A program made the position numbers and the translations under genes. From NCBI GenBank assembly GCA_963786935.1, contig CAWBAN010000002.1, positions 320,001-384,000 of the forward strand: DNA of 64,000 nt, read 5' to 3'. Source of the DNA: an uncultured bacterium (GTDB taxonomy: Bacteria; Krumholzibacteriota; Krumholzibacteriia; Krumholzibacteriales; Krumholzibacteriaceae). Position 1 is the first letter of the stretch. Each line of letters opens with the position of its first letter. Below, in pieces: positions 19,535-28,578 of the stretch. Under the pieces are notes generated by a model that was not told the DNA's origin, ran no database searches, and saw nothing but the letters and a program-made list of their open reading frames with translations.

Positions 19535-20548
19535 ATGGACGAGCTCTACCTCGGCATCGAAACCTCCTGCGACGACACCTCGTGCGCCGTCTATTCCCCG
19601 GCGCGCGGCGTCGTCGTGCACCGCACGGCGGCCCAGCTCGATCACGAAAAATACGGCGGCGTCGTTCCCGAGATCGCCTCGCGCTCGCACATGCGCACGC
19701 TCCTCCCGCTCTACGAGACCGTGATGGTCGAATCGGGCGTTTCGCTCGAAGCGCTCGCCGGCATCGGCGTCACGAACGGCCCGGGCCTCACCGGCTCCCT
19801 CCTCGTCGGCCTCTCCTTCGCGAAGGCGCTCGCCTACGCGTGCCGCGTGCCGCTCGCCGGCGTCCATCATATCGAAGGGCACATCCTCGCGAACGCCCTC
19901 GACGGCCCGCTCGAGCTCCCGGCGCTCGTCCTCGTCGTGTCGGGCGGGCACACGCAGCTGATCCACATGGAGCGGATCGGGCGCTACGAGATCGTCGGGA
20001 GCACGCGCGACGACGCGGCGGGGGAGGCCTTCGACAAGATCGGGAAGCTCCTCGGCCTCCCGTTCCCCGGCGGCCCGTCCATCGAGCGCGCCGCGCGCGA
20101 GGGGAACGCCGGAGCGTACGACTTTCCCCGCGGGCTGCGGCGCTCGGGGGATCACGATTTCTCGTTCTCGGGGCTCAAGACCGCGGTGCGGCTCAAGGTG
20201 GAGTCGCTCGACGAGCTCGATCCGCGCGCCGTCGCGGACATCGCCGCCTCGGCGCAGGAGGCGATCGTCGCGAGCCTCGTCGAAAAGTCGTCCGCCGCCG
20301 CGCGGGAGCGGGGCGCGCGACGTCTCTACCTCGCCGGCGGGGTCGCCTCGAACGGCCGCCTCCGCGCGGCCATGACGGAGCGTCTCGCGGCCGAAGGGGT
20401 CGCCGTCTCCTGGCCCCGTCCCGAGTACTGCACCGACAACGCCGCGATGATCGCCTGCGCGGCTTCCTGCCACATCAGGGCCGGCAGGGTCGACGGCCTC
20501 GACCTGAACAGCTTCGCCCGCGGAACCATCGTCAACTGGGCCTCCTGA
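19535..20548 (+). CDS. tsaD: tRNA N6-threonylcarbamoyladenosine synthase TsaD
   Basis: LGIETSCDDT, GGVVPEIASR, HHIEGH, VSGGHT, DDAAGEAFDK, CTDNAAMIA. Confidence 0.96.
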   Translation: MDELYLGIETSCDDTSCAVYSPARGVVVHRTAAQLDHEKYGGVVPEIASRSHMRTLLPLYETVMVESGVSLEALAGIGVTNGPGLTGSLLVGLSFAKALAYACRVPLAGVHHIEGHILANALDGPLELPALVLVVSGGHTQLIHMERIGRYEIVGSTRDDAAGEAFDKIGKLLGLPFPGGPSIERAAREGNAGAYDFPRGLRRSGDHDFSFSGLKTAVRLKVESLDELDPRAVADIAASAQEAIVASLVEKSSAAARERGARRLYLAGGVASNGRLRAAMTERLAAEGVAVSWPRPEYCTDNAAMIACAASCHIRAGRVDGLDLNSFARGTIVNWAS

Positions 20549-20709
20549 CGTCCCTTGGCTCCGGTCTCGTTCTGCGAAATCCGATTGCAGATTGGCCGCG
20601 CGCGCCCCTCCCCGCCGCATTCCCTCCCCGTCGGCGCAACGCCTTGAAATAGCTGCAGCTATGCCGTGCGGAGCGCCCCGCCCGTCGCCCCCGGCCGGGG
20701 CATTCCTGC

Positions 20710-20726
20710 TTGGCATATGAATTGCG
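20710..20726 (+). promoter_or_regulatory. sigma54 (-24/-12) promoter of the signalling operon
   Basis: TTGGCATATGAATTGCG, with GG (20712) and GC (20724) exactly 12 apart. Confidence 0.75.
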
Positions 20727-20801
20727 TAGCAATGACTTGCCAGAATCATACGAACCGCTCGCAGGGCGGGAATTAACACAAAGAGGAACGGAGTATTCCT
20801 C

Positions 20802-21785
20802 ATGATGAGTGCCGGCAACAAGCAGGGCTATAAAATCCTGGTCGTCGACGACGAGGATCACATCAGGCGCATACTCAAATTCCAGCTCGAGAAGCACGGC
20901 TACCGGGTCGTTCTCGCCGAGAACGGCGAGGTCGCGCTCGAGATCGTCAGGCGCGAGAGCCCCGATCTCATCCTGCTCGATCTCATGATGCCGCGGATCG
21001 ACGGCTTCGAGACCTGCCGGCGCATCCGGCAGAATTTCCAGACGTCGCAGATCCCGGTGATCATCCTCACGGCGAAGAGCGAGCTCCCCGACAAGATCAA
21101 GGGGCTGCAGGACGGCGCGAACGATTACCTGATCAAGCCGTACTCGAACGAGGAGCTGCTGCTCCGCGTCCGGAACGTTCTCGAGTGGAGCCTCAGGCAG
21201 AAAGAGGCGAATCCGCTCACCGGGCTGCCGGGGAACCGCGCCATCGAGAAGGAGCTGCAGGCGCGCATCGAGCGCAAGGCGTCGTTCGCGTTCCTCTACG
21301 TCGACATCGACAATTTCAAGCCGTACAACGACCACTACGGATACCAGAAGGGGGACGACGCGATCCTCTTCCTCGGCGACATCATCACCGAGGCGGTCAA
21401 TTCGCTCGGCGGCGGGGACGATTTCGTCGGCCACATCGGCGGGGACGATTTCGTCGTCATCACGACGGCCGAGCGGGCCGAGTACATCGCGCGGCACATC
21501 ATCGACGAGTTCGACCGCGGCGTGCTCGTGCTCCTCCAGGAAGAGGACATCAGGAGAGGATTCATGGAGGTCCGCAACCGGCTCGGCGAGATCAGGCGGA
21601 TGCCGGTCATGTCGCTCACGATCGCGCTCGTGCTCGACGAGGAAGGCAAGCTCAAGCATTACGCGCAGGTGAACGATATCGCTTCCGAGCTCAAGCAGTA
21701 CGGCAAGGGAATGGTCGGAAGCGTGGTCGTTCGCGAGCGCCGGAAAACGAACGAGCCGGCGAATAAAGTGGAATCGGGGGGCTGA
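20802..21785 (+). CDS. Response regulator-diguanylate cyclase (REC-GGDEF)
   Basis: VVDDE, LLDLMMP, KP; NPLTGLPGN, DIDNFKPYND, HIGGDDF. Confidence 0.92.
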   Translation: MMSAGNKQGYKILVVDDEDHIRRILKFQLEKHGYRVVLAENGEVALEIVRRESPDLILLDLMMPRIDGFETCRRIRQNFQTSQIPVIILTAKSELPDKIKGLQDGANDYLIKPYSNEELLLRVRNVLEWSLRQKEANPLTGLPGNRAIEKELQARIERKASFAFLYVDIDNFKPYNDHYGYQKGDDAILFLGDIITEAVNSLGGGDDFVGHIGGDDFVVITTAERAEYIARHIIDEFDRGVLVLLQEEDIRRGFMEVRNRLGEIRRMPVMSLTIALVLDEEGKLKHYAQVNDIASELKQYGKGMVGSVVVRERRKTNEPANKVESGG

Positions 21786-21786
21786 C

Positions 21787-22611
21787 GTGGCACACGCGAC
21801 GGAGACCAAGCAGGACACGAGGCTCGATCGCATCGTCATCGACGCCGAGGAGGAGCTCGCCTCGCTCCGGCGCGAGCTCGCGCGGTGCCGCGGGCTGTTC
21901 GATTCCGCGCGGCTCGTCGTGGGGCACGAATTCGCGAAGCCCCTCACCTCGCTCAGCGGCTATCTCGAGCTGCTCGAGGAGCGTCTCGGCCCCGACGCGG
22001 GGGAGAAGGAGCGCGCGTACGTCGGCAAGATGCGCGATTCGATCGGCCGGCTCGAGGAGCTCGTCGAATCGTTCGTCCAGATGCTGCGCGTCGAAGAGGG
22101 CGCCGGCGAGCTGCAGGCGTTCGAGCGGATCGACGTCGCGGCGCTCGTCGAGCGCGTGCGCAAGCGGTTCGACGAACGCGCCTCGCTCATCGAAGTGAGC
22201 ATCGAGGATTCCGTGCCGCCGGTGCTCGTGCGGCGCCGTTGCCTCGAGGTCGTGCTCGAGAATCTCGTCTCGAACGCGATCAAGTACGGCGCGGGCCCCA
22301 TTCGCGTCACCGCCTCGTTCGCCGGGGATCGCCGCGGCGAGACGAAGAACGCGATACTCGTGCTGACGGTCGAGGATCGCGGCGCGGGCATTCCCGAAGA
22401 CAAGCTTGAAGCGGTGTTCACGCCGTTCGTCCGTCTCGAGAACCGGGGCGACCGGCCCGGTCTCGGCCTCGGTCTCGCCGTCGTGAAGAGCGTCGTCTCG
22501 ATCATGGGGGCCGAGATCAGGCTGCGGAGCAGACCCGGAGAGGGGACCATGGTTACGGTCGTGATACCCGTTCCGAACGATATCAAGACGCCGTCCGACA
22601 CGGTCGGCTGA
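21787..22611 (+). CDS. Sensorless cytoplasmic histidine kinase (HisKA-HATPase)
   Basis: GHEFAKPLTSL, NLVSNAIKY, DRGAGIP, GLGLGL. Confidence 0.88.
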   Translation: MAHATETKQDTRLDRIVIDAEEELASLRRELARCRGLFDSARLVVGHEFAKPLTSLSGYLELLEERLGPDAGEKERAYVGKMRDSIGRLEELVESFVQMLRVEEGAGELQAFERIDVAALVERVRKRFDERASLIEVSIEDSVPPVLVRRRCLEVVLENLVSNAIKYGAGPIRVTASFAGDRRGETKNAILVLTVEDRGAGIPEDKLEAVFTPFVRLENRGDRPGLGLGLAVVKSVVSIMGAEIRLRSRPGEGTMVTVVIPVPNDIKTPSDTVG

Positions 22612-22623
22612 AGCGAGGTTCGC

Positions 22624-25614
22624 ATGGCCGCACACGGAAGCGCGGGCGAGCGGACGCCGGCGCACATGAGCATCCAGCAGATTCGAGCCGTCGAAATCGT
22701 CTCGATCTTCTTCATCGTGTTCGTCGCGCGCGAGATCGCGGGATTCGTGTTCAGGACCGAGCTCGTGATCGCCGTGTTCCTCGGCGCCACGTTTCTGAAC
22801 CTGGCCGCCGCCGGCATCGAGAGCGCGTTCGCGCGCCGGGAGCGCGCGGTCGTCCTTTCGAGCGGCGCCTGGGAATGGGGCACGGTGCTCATCGACATCT
22901 CGACCGCGCTCGCCGTCATCTATCTCACGGGAACGGCGCAGAGCCCGTTCCTCTTCCTCGTCGTGATACCGCTCTTCTTCGCCGGGCGTGTCCTGCCGCC
23001 CATGCGGGCGGGGCTCGCCGTCACCGGCTTCTCCGTCGCCGCCATCGCCGCCCTCGGCGTTCTCGAGGCGCGGGGCGCCGTTCCGTTCTTCAGCTGCTAT
23101 CCGGGCGACGCGGCGCCGCCGGAGGGCCGGTTCCTCGCGGGCACCGTCCTCATCCTCGGCGGCTTCATGGGATTCATGACGTACCTGTTCAGCAGCTTCT
23201 ACGAGAATTTCAACGTCAGCGTGCGCCGCGCCGAGGACCGGCTCCTCGATTCGCGGAAACGGATCCTCGAGCTCACGAGGCTCTACGACATCAGCCTCGG
23301 CATCAACTCGGTCATCAGCCTCGACACGCTCCTCACGATGGTGTGCAAGGAGATCACCTTGCTCCTCAGGCGGCCGTGGGTCTCGATCGTGCTCCTCAAC
23401 CAGAAGCGCGAGGTCATCGAGCACGTCGAGATCGGGAAGACGGGCGCCGCGGGGCTCGACGCGGGCGCGATGCTCGCCGACGATCCGCTCATCGCCGAGA
23501 TCTGCGAACACGAGACCGGGCTCCTCGTCGAGGACCTGCGCGATCACGCCGCCGGCGGCCGCTCCCCCCTCGTCGCGAACCGCGCCCTCGGATCGTTCCT
23601 CGCCGTCCCCGTCTTTTCGGCGAAGGACAACCTCGGCGTGCTCATGGTCGGCGACTTCGCCCGCGAGCCGTTCAATCCGGAGGACGCGCGGCTCATGACG
23701 ATCCTCTCGGGGCAGGTCGCGATGGCGATCGAGAAGAGCCGCCTCTACGAAGTCATGAACGGGCGCATCGAGCGCCTCGACCGCGAAAACGAGGAGCTGC
23801 GGAGCTCGAACAAGCTCAAGATGGGCTACCTCTCGCACCTCTCGCACGAGCTCAAGACGCCCCTTACGTCGATCAAGGCGTACGCGGAGACGCTCACCGA
23901 CCACATCGAGGACGAGGAATTCCCCGAGAAGAAGGAATTCCTCGGGATCATCTCGACGGAGACGGACCGGCTCATCCGCATGGTCAACAAGGTGCTCGAC
24001 GTGTCGAAGATCGAGTTCGGCAACCGCACGCTCAAGCGGACGACGTTCCCCCTCGGCACGCTCCTCGTCGAGGTCGAATCCGCGATGACGCCGTACCTCC
24101 GCGACAAGAAGCTCCGTCTCGTCGTGAGCGCGCCGTCCTCGCTCCCGCTCGTCGACGCGGACCAGGACCTCGTGAAGCAGGTGTTCATCAATCTCATCTC
24201 GAACGCGATCAAGTTCTCGCCGGAAAGCTCGCGCATCTTCATCGAGGCCGTGGAAGACGCGGTCGCGATCAAGATCACCGTGACGGACGAGGGCGTCGGC
24301 ATTCCGCAGGACGATCTCCAGAACATCTTCAAGCAGTTCTACCAGGTCAGCCGCGGCTCGGGGGAAGGGGTGGGCCTCGGGCTCGCGATCGTGAAGAACA
24401 TCGTCGAGCAGCACGGCGGCACGATCGCCGCGACGAGCCGTCTCGGCGAGGGGAGCACCTTCACGTTCACCCTGCCGAAGGAGCACCACTTCAACAATCT
24501 CCTCGGCTACCTGTTCGAATCGATCGGGGCGCGGGAGGAGATCCAGGAAATGTTCCAGCTCTCCGTGAAGGTCATCGCCGAGATGCTCTCCGCGAAGATC
24601 GTCTCGCTCATGCTCCTCGATCAGGAGAAGAAGGAGCTCTTCATCAAGGTGGCCTACGGGCTCGACGAAGCGATCGTCGCCCGCACGCGGGCCCGCCTCG
24701 GCACCGGGATCGCGGGCAGGGTGGCGGAGACGGGCGAGCCGCTCCTCATCGAGAACGTCGAAACGAGCGGGCTCAAGGACGCGCCGAACAATCCGCAGTA
24801 CGAGACGAAATCGCTCGTCAGCGTTCCGCTCGTGATCGGATCCACCGTGGTCGGCGTGATCAACGCGAACAACAAGACGTCGGGCAAGGCGTTCAACCAG
24901 GACGACCTCGCGCTGGCGCTCTCCCTCAGCGCCCGCTTCTCGAAAGTGATCGAGCGGATCCGCGTCTCCGAGGATTCGCGCGCGTTCATCGGCGAGACGA
25001 TCCAGTCGCTCCGTTCGCTCCTCGCCGCGCAGGAGCGGAGCGGACGCGGCGCCGGCCGGAAGATCGTCCACTGGTCGGTGAAGATCGCGCGGCACCTGCG
25101 CCTGAGCGAGAAAGAGGTGCAGGTGATCCAGTACGTTTCGAGCGTGCACGACGTCGGCATGACGTGCGTGAGCGACGCGATTCTCAAGAAGACGCTCGAG
25201 CTGACGCCGCAGGAGATGGAGGAGATCAGGAAACACCCGCAGCGCGGCACCGCGATCCTGCGCCCGCTCGAGTTCGTCGAGCTCGTGAGCCAGAGCATAC
25301 TCTTCCATCACGAGCGGATCGACGGCAAGGGATATCCGATGGGTCTCCGGGGAGATCAGATCCCGATCGCGTCGCGCATCCTCGCCGTCGTCGACGCGTT
25401 CCTGTCGATGGTGAGCGAGCGCCCGTTCCGGGACCGCATGAGGAACGCCGAGGCGGTCGACGAGCTCGTGCGCCATTCGGGAACGCAGTTCGATTCGCGG
25501 GTCGTGGCCGCGTTCGTCGAAGTGCTCATGGAAGAAAAACAGATCGAGGTGGACGCCTTCACGCGGATCTCGGACGCGCTGAGAACCGCGGAGAAGCACC
25601 ATCTCGTGCAGTAG
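22624..25614 (+). CDS. Membrane hybrid TM-GAF-HisKA-HATPase-GAF-HD-GYP protein
   Basis: About 5 N-terminal TM segments; SHELKTPL, NLISNAIKF, GVGLGL; GIAGRVAETGEP GAF; HDVG, HHERIDGKGYP. Confidence 0.88.
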   Translation: MAAHGSAGERTPAHMSIQQIRAVEIVSIFFIVFVAREIAGFVFRTELVIAVFLGATFLNLAAAGIESAFARRERAVVLSSGAWEWGTVLIDISTALAVIYLTGTAQSPFLFLVVIPLFFAGRVLPPMRAGLAVTGFSVAAIAALGVLEARGAVPFFSCYPGDAAPPEGRFLAGTVLILGGFMGFMTYLFSSFYENFNVSVRRAEDRLLDSRKRILELTRLYDISLGINSVISLDTLLTMVCKEITLLLRRPWVSIVLLNQKREVIEHVEIGKTGAAGLDAGAMLADDPLIAEICEHETGLLVEDLRDHAAGGRSPLVANRALGSFLAVPVFSAKDNLGVLMVGDFAREPFNPEDARLMTILSGQVAMAIEKSRLYEVMNGRIERLDRENEELRSSNKLKMGYLSHLSHELKTPLTSIKAYAETLTDHIEDEEFPEKKEFLGIISTETDRLIRMVNKVLDVSKIEFGNRTLKRTTFPLGTLLVEVESAMTPYLRDKKLRLVVSAPSSLPLVDADQDLVKQVFINLISNAIKFSPESSRIFIEAVEDAVAIKITVTDEGVGIPQDDLQNIFKQFYQVSRGSGEGVGLGLAIVKNIVEQHGGTIAATSRLGEGSTFTFTLPKEHHFNNLLGYLFESIGAREEIQEMFQLSVKVIAEMLSAKIVSLMLLDQEKKELFIKVAYGLDEAIVARTRARLGTGIAGRVAETGEPLLIENVETSGLKDAPNNPQYETKSLVSVPLVIGSTVVGVINANNKTSGKAFNQDDLALALSLSARFSKVIERIRVSEDSRAFIGETIQSLRSLLAAQERSGRGAGRKIVHWSVKIARHLRLSEKEVQVIQYVSSVHDVGMTCVSDAILKKTLELTPQEMEEIRKHPQRGTAILRPLEFVELVSQSILFHHERIDGKGYPMGLRGDQIPIASRILAVVDAFLSMVSERPFRDRMRNAEAVDELVRHSGTQFDSRVVAAFVEVLMEEKQIEVDAFTRISDALRTAEKHHLVQ

Positions 25615-25630
25615 GGGAGGAAGACAGGCG

Positions 25631-28156
25631 TTGATCCGCTCACTCGGCAAGAAGCTGCTCGGCGCGGGAGGCGCGTCCGCGGACCCGAAGCCCGCGGAGG
25701 CCCGCTCCTCCCGGGAGCTCGAGCTCGAGCGCATCATCGCGCGCGTCTCGGCGATCAGCTCGATGATGCTCGCCGATGCGCCGAGCGGGGATATTTACGA
25801 CGCGATGGCCCGCGGCCTCGCCGAGGACTCGGGGGCGAGCTTCGTCGTGCTGCGGATCGCCAAGCCGGGCGGGGACGTTTTCGAGATGAAGGCGTACGCC
25901 GGCACCGGCGACGCCCCCCGGGAGCCGCTCCATTCCCTGTCGGTGACCCGGCGGACCTTCCTCGATCTCTGCGGCGGCGGAGAGCGGCTCGCCGACGGAT
26001 TCGTCGTCGACGCCGGGGTCGCCTGCGCGCCCGCCGACAGCCCGGTGCCCCGCTGCGCGGCGGCGCCGACCGGAACGGTGCTTCTCGCCGGCATCGAGGA
26101 GCGCGGGACCGTCACGGGTTTCTTCACCGTCGGATACGTCGACGAGTCTCCCGACGAGCGGCTCCTGGCCCGGCTGCGGCTGTACCGGGACCGCGTGCTG
26201 CTCATGCAGCAGCGCGAGCGCGCGAAGGAGCAGCTCCGCACCAAGGAGCGCGCGCTGGCCGTTTGCAAAGAGGAGCTCGAGAGCGTCAACCAGCTCAAAT
26301 CCAATTTTCTCTCGGTCGTTTCCCACGAACTCCGCACGCCGCTCACGTCGGTCAAGGCGTACACCGAGACGCTCCTCGACAACGCGGATACGATCAAGCG
26401 CGAGACGCTCAAGGACTTCCTCCGCGTGATGGACGAGGAGAGCGAGCGGATCATCAAGCTCGTCGACAGCATCCTGAACTTCTCGCGGATGGAGACGGGG
26501 CACCTCAAGGTGGAGCGGACCTCCTGCAACCTCAACCGGATGATCGAGGAGGTCCACGCGGGGCTGCAGGCGAAGTTCGCCGCCGCGGAGATCAACACGG
26601 AGCTCCGGCTCCCGCGCCACCCGTGCCGCATCGACGCCGACCGCGAGCTCATCACGCAGATGCTCCAGAATCTCATGTCGAACGCGATCAAGTTCACGCC
26701 GCCCGGGGGCACGGTGACCGTCATCCTCGAGCAGGAGGCGTCCGCGGCGCGCATCGTCGTGCAGGATACCGGCAAGGGAATTCCCGAGGATCAGATCGAG
26801 AAGATTTTCGAGCGGTTCTACCAGATCGACACGAGCAACACCCGGGAGCACGGCGGATCCGGCCTCGGGCTGGCGATCTGCAAGAACATCGTCGATTGGC
26901 ACGAGGGCAAGATCTGGGTCGAGAACGTGAAGGATTCGGGCGCCAAGTTCGTCGTCATGCTGCCGATGAAGGACATCATCGTCCGGCAGGCGGTGTCGGC
27001 GGGATTCATCGGATCGCGCCGCTTCGAGCGCGAGCGGTATCTCACGCTGCTCGTCGAGATGCTCTCCGAGTTTCTCCAGGCGCGCAAGGCCTCGATCATG
27101 CTCCTCGACCGGGAGCAGCAGGTGCTCCGGATCGTCGCGGCGAAGGGGCTCGACAGCGAGTTCGTCCAGAACACGCGGCTCGAGGTCGGGGAGCGCATCG
27201 CGGGCAAGGTGGCCCAGACGGGCGAGCCGCTCCACGTGTTCGACATCGAGACCGACGGCGAATACGGACGCGCGAACAACGCGCTCTTCTACGGCACACG
27301 CTCGTTCGTCTCGGCGCCGCTCAGGGACGGAGACGAGATCATCGGCGTCCTCAACGTGAGCGACCACGTCGAGGAGCGGGAGTTCACCCGCGCCGACCGC
27401 GAGCTCCTCGAGGCGCTCGGCACGATCATCGTCGGCATGCTGAAGAAGCTGGACGCCTACGAAAAAGTATCGATGAATTTCGAAAAGCTCAAAGAGGCGA
27501 TGCGCGCGAGCCTCGACATGCGCGAGGCGTGGGGGAGCGGAACGCTCGCGAACCTCACCCTCATCGCGCTCGCGATCGGCTCGAAGCTCGCGCTCGACGA
27601 GCGCTCGCTCACGGCGCTGCGCCTCGGCATGAACCTCTACGATCTCGGGCTCATGCGGATCCCCCGGAACATCCGCATCAAGAAGGAAGAGCTCACGCCG
27701 AAGGAGCGAGAGGTGCTCCGCGGGCACACGAACCTCGGGTTCACGCTCACCTCCCCGATGAATCTCGAGGACCGGGTCATGAAGATGATCCGGAGCCATC
27801 ACGAGCATTACGACGGGAGCGGCTATCCCGACGGTCTCTCGGGGAGCGAGATCCCGGTCGAGGCGCGGATCGTCAGCGTCGTCGACGCGTTCCGCGCGCT
27901 CATGAGCGAAGGGCCGTACCGGCGCACCTTCTCCCTCGCGGAGGCGCGCGCGGAGATCGAGCGGGGCGCGAACACGCGATTCGATCCCGACGTCGTCAGG
28001 GCGTTCGGGGAGACGCTCGACGAGCTCGGCGCGCGCGACGACAAGCACGAGCTCGTGCTCGACGCGGTCGAGCGGGAGCTCGAACGGGAGCGCGGCGCAC
28101 GGAAAAAGCGAATGGAAACGACTTCGAACGAACCGGTGAAGGAGGAGATTCGATGA
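25631..28156 (+). CDS. Cytoplasmic hybrid GAF-like-HisKA-HATPase-GAF-HD-GYP (degenerate) protein
   Basis: SHELRTPL, NLMSNAIKF, GSGLGL; IAGKVAQTGEP GAF; YDLG in place of HD, HHEHYDGSGYP. Confidence 0.88.
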   Translation: MIRSLGKKLLGAGGASADPKPAEARSSRELELERIIARVSAISSMMLADAPSGDIYDAMARGLAEDSGASFVVLRIAKPGGDVFEMKAYAGTGDAPREPLHSLSVTRRTFLDLCGGGERLADGFVVDAGVACAPADSPVPRCAAAPTGTVLLAGIEERGTVTGFFTVGYVDESPDERLLARLRLYRDRVLLMQQRERAKEQLRTKERALAVCKEELESVNQLKSNFLSVVSHELRTPLTSVKAYTETLLDNADTIKRETLKDFLRVMDEESERIIKLVDSILNFSRMETGHLKVERTSCNLNRMIEEVHAGLQAKFAAAEINTELRLPRHPCRIDADRELITQMLQNLMSNAIKFTPPGGTVTVILEQEASAARIVVQDTGKGIPEDQIEKIFERFYQIDTSNTREHGGSGLGLAICKNIVDWHEGKIWVENVKDSGAKFVVMLPMKDIIVRQAVSAGFIGSRRFERERYLTLLVEMLSEFLQARKASIMLLDREQQVLRIVAAKGLDSEFVQNTRLEVGERIAGKVAQTGEPLHVFDIETDGEYGRANNALFYGTRSFVSAPLRDGDEIIGVLNVSDHVEEREFTRADRELLEALGTIIVGMLKKLDAYEKVSMNFEKLKEAMRASLDMREAWGSGTLANLTLIALAIGSKLALDERSLTALRLGMNLYDLGLMRIPRNIRIKKEELTPKEREVLRGHTNLGFTLTSPMNLEDRVMKMIRSHHEHYDGSGYPDGLSGSEIPVEARIVSVVDAFRALMSEGPYRRTFSLAEARAEIERGANTRFDPDVVRAFGETLDELGARDDKHELVLDAVERELERERGARKKRMETTSNEPVKEEIR

Positions 28157-28533
28157 AGAAAGGCAAAGTGCTGGTCGTCGACGACGAGGTGAACATCACT
28201 CAGATTCTCGAATTCTCGATCGGCTCGGAGGGATTCGACGTGATCACGGCGCAGAACGGCGAGGAAGCGATCGAGAAGGCCCGCCGGGAGCAGCCCGATC
28301 TCATCATCCTCGACATCATGATGCCGAAGATCGACGGCTACGAGGCGTGCCGCATCCTCAAGGCGAACCCGCTCACGAAGAACATCCCCGTGGTGCTGCT
28401 CACCGCGAAGGGGCGCGACATCGACAAGCGGCTCGGCATGGAGGTCGGCGCGACCGATTACATCGTGAAGCCGTTCAGCCCGAACAAGCTCGTCGAGCGG
28501 ATCAATCAGCTCCTGTCCTGCCACAAGAAGTAG
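28153..28533 (+). CDS. Single-domain response regulator (REC)
   Basis: VLVVDDE, ILDIMMP, LTA, KPF; GGAG RBS, ATGA overlap. Confidence 0.93.
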   Translation: MKKGKVLVVDDEVNITQILEFSIGSEGFDVITAQNGEEAIEKARREQPDLIILDIMMPKIDGYEACRILKANPLTKNIPVVLLTAKGRDIDKRLGMEVGATDYIVKPFSPNKLVERINQLLSCHKK

Positions 28534-28578
28534 CGGTTTTAGTTGCGGGGAGGGGATGGCTTCCGTATTGTGGGCGGT

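Noticed and set aside
20802..21785. Hypr-type (3'3'-cGAMP) GGDEF
   Set aside because: Keeps the Asp in YNDHYG rather than the Ser/Thr signature of Hypr enzymes
21691..25737. Very long antisense or alternative-frame ORFs (e.g. 1348 aa here, 1101 aa at 12179-15484, the upstream part of 17033-20548)
   Set aside because: Shadow ORFs expected from high GC and strong codon bias; R/A/G-rich, without motifs, and overlapping well-supported genes
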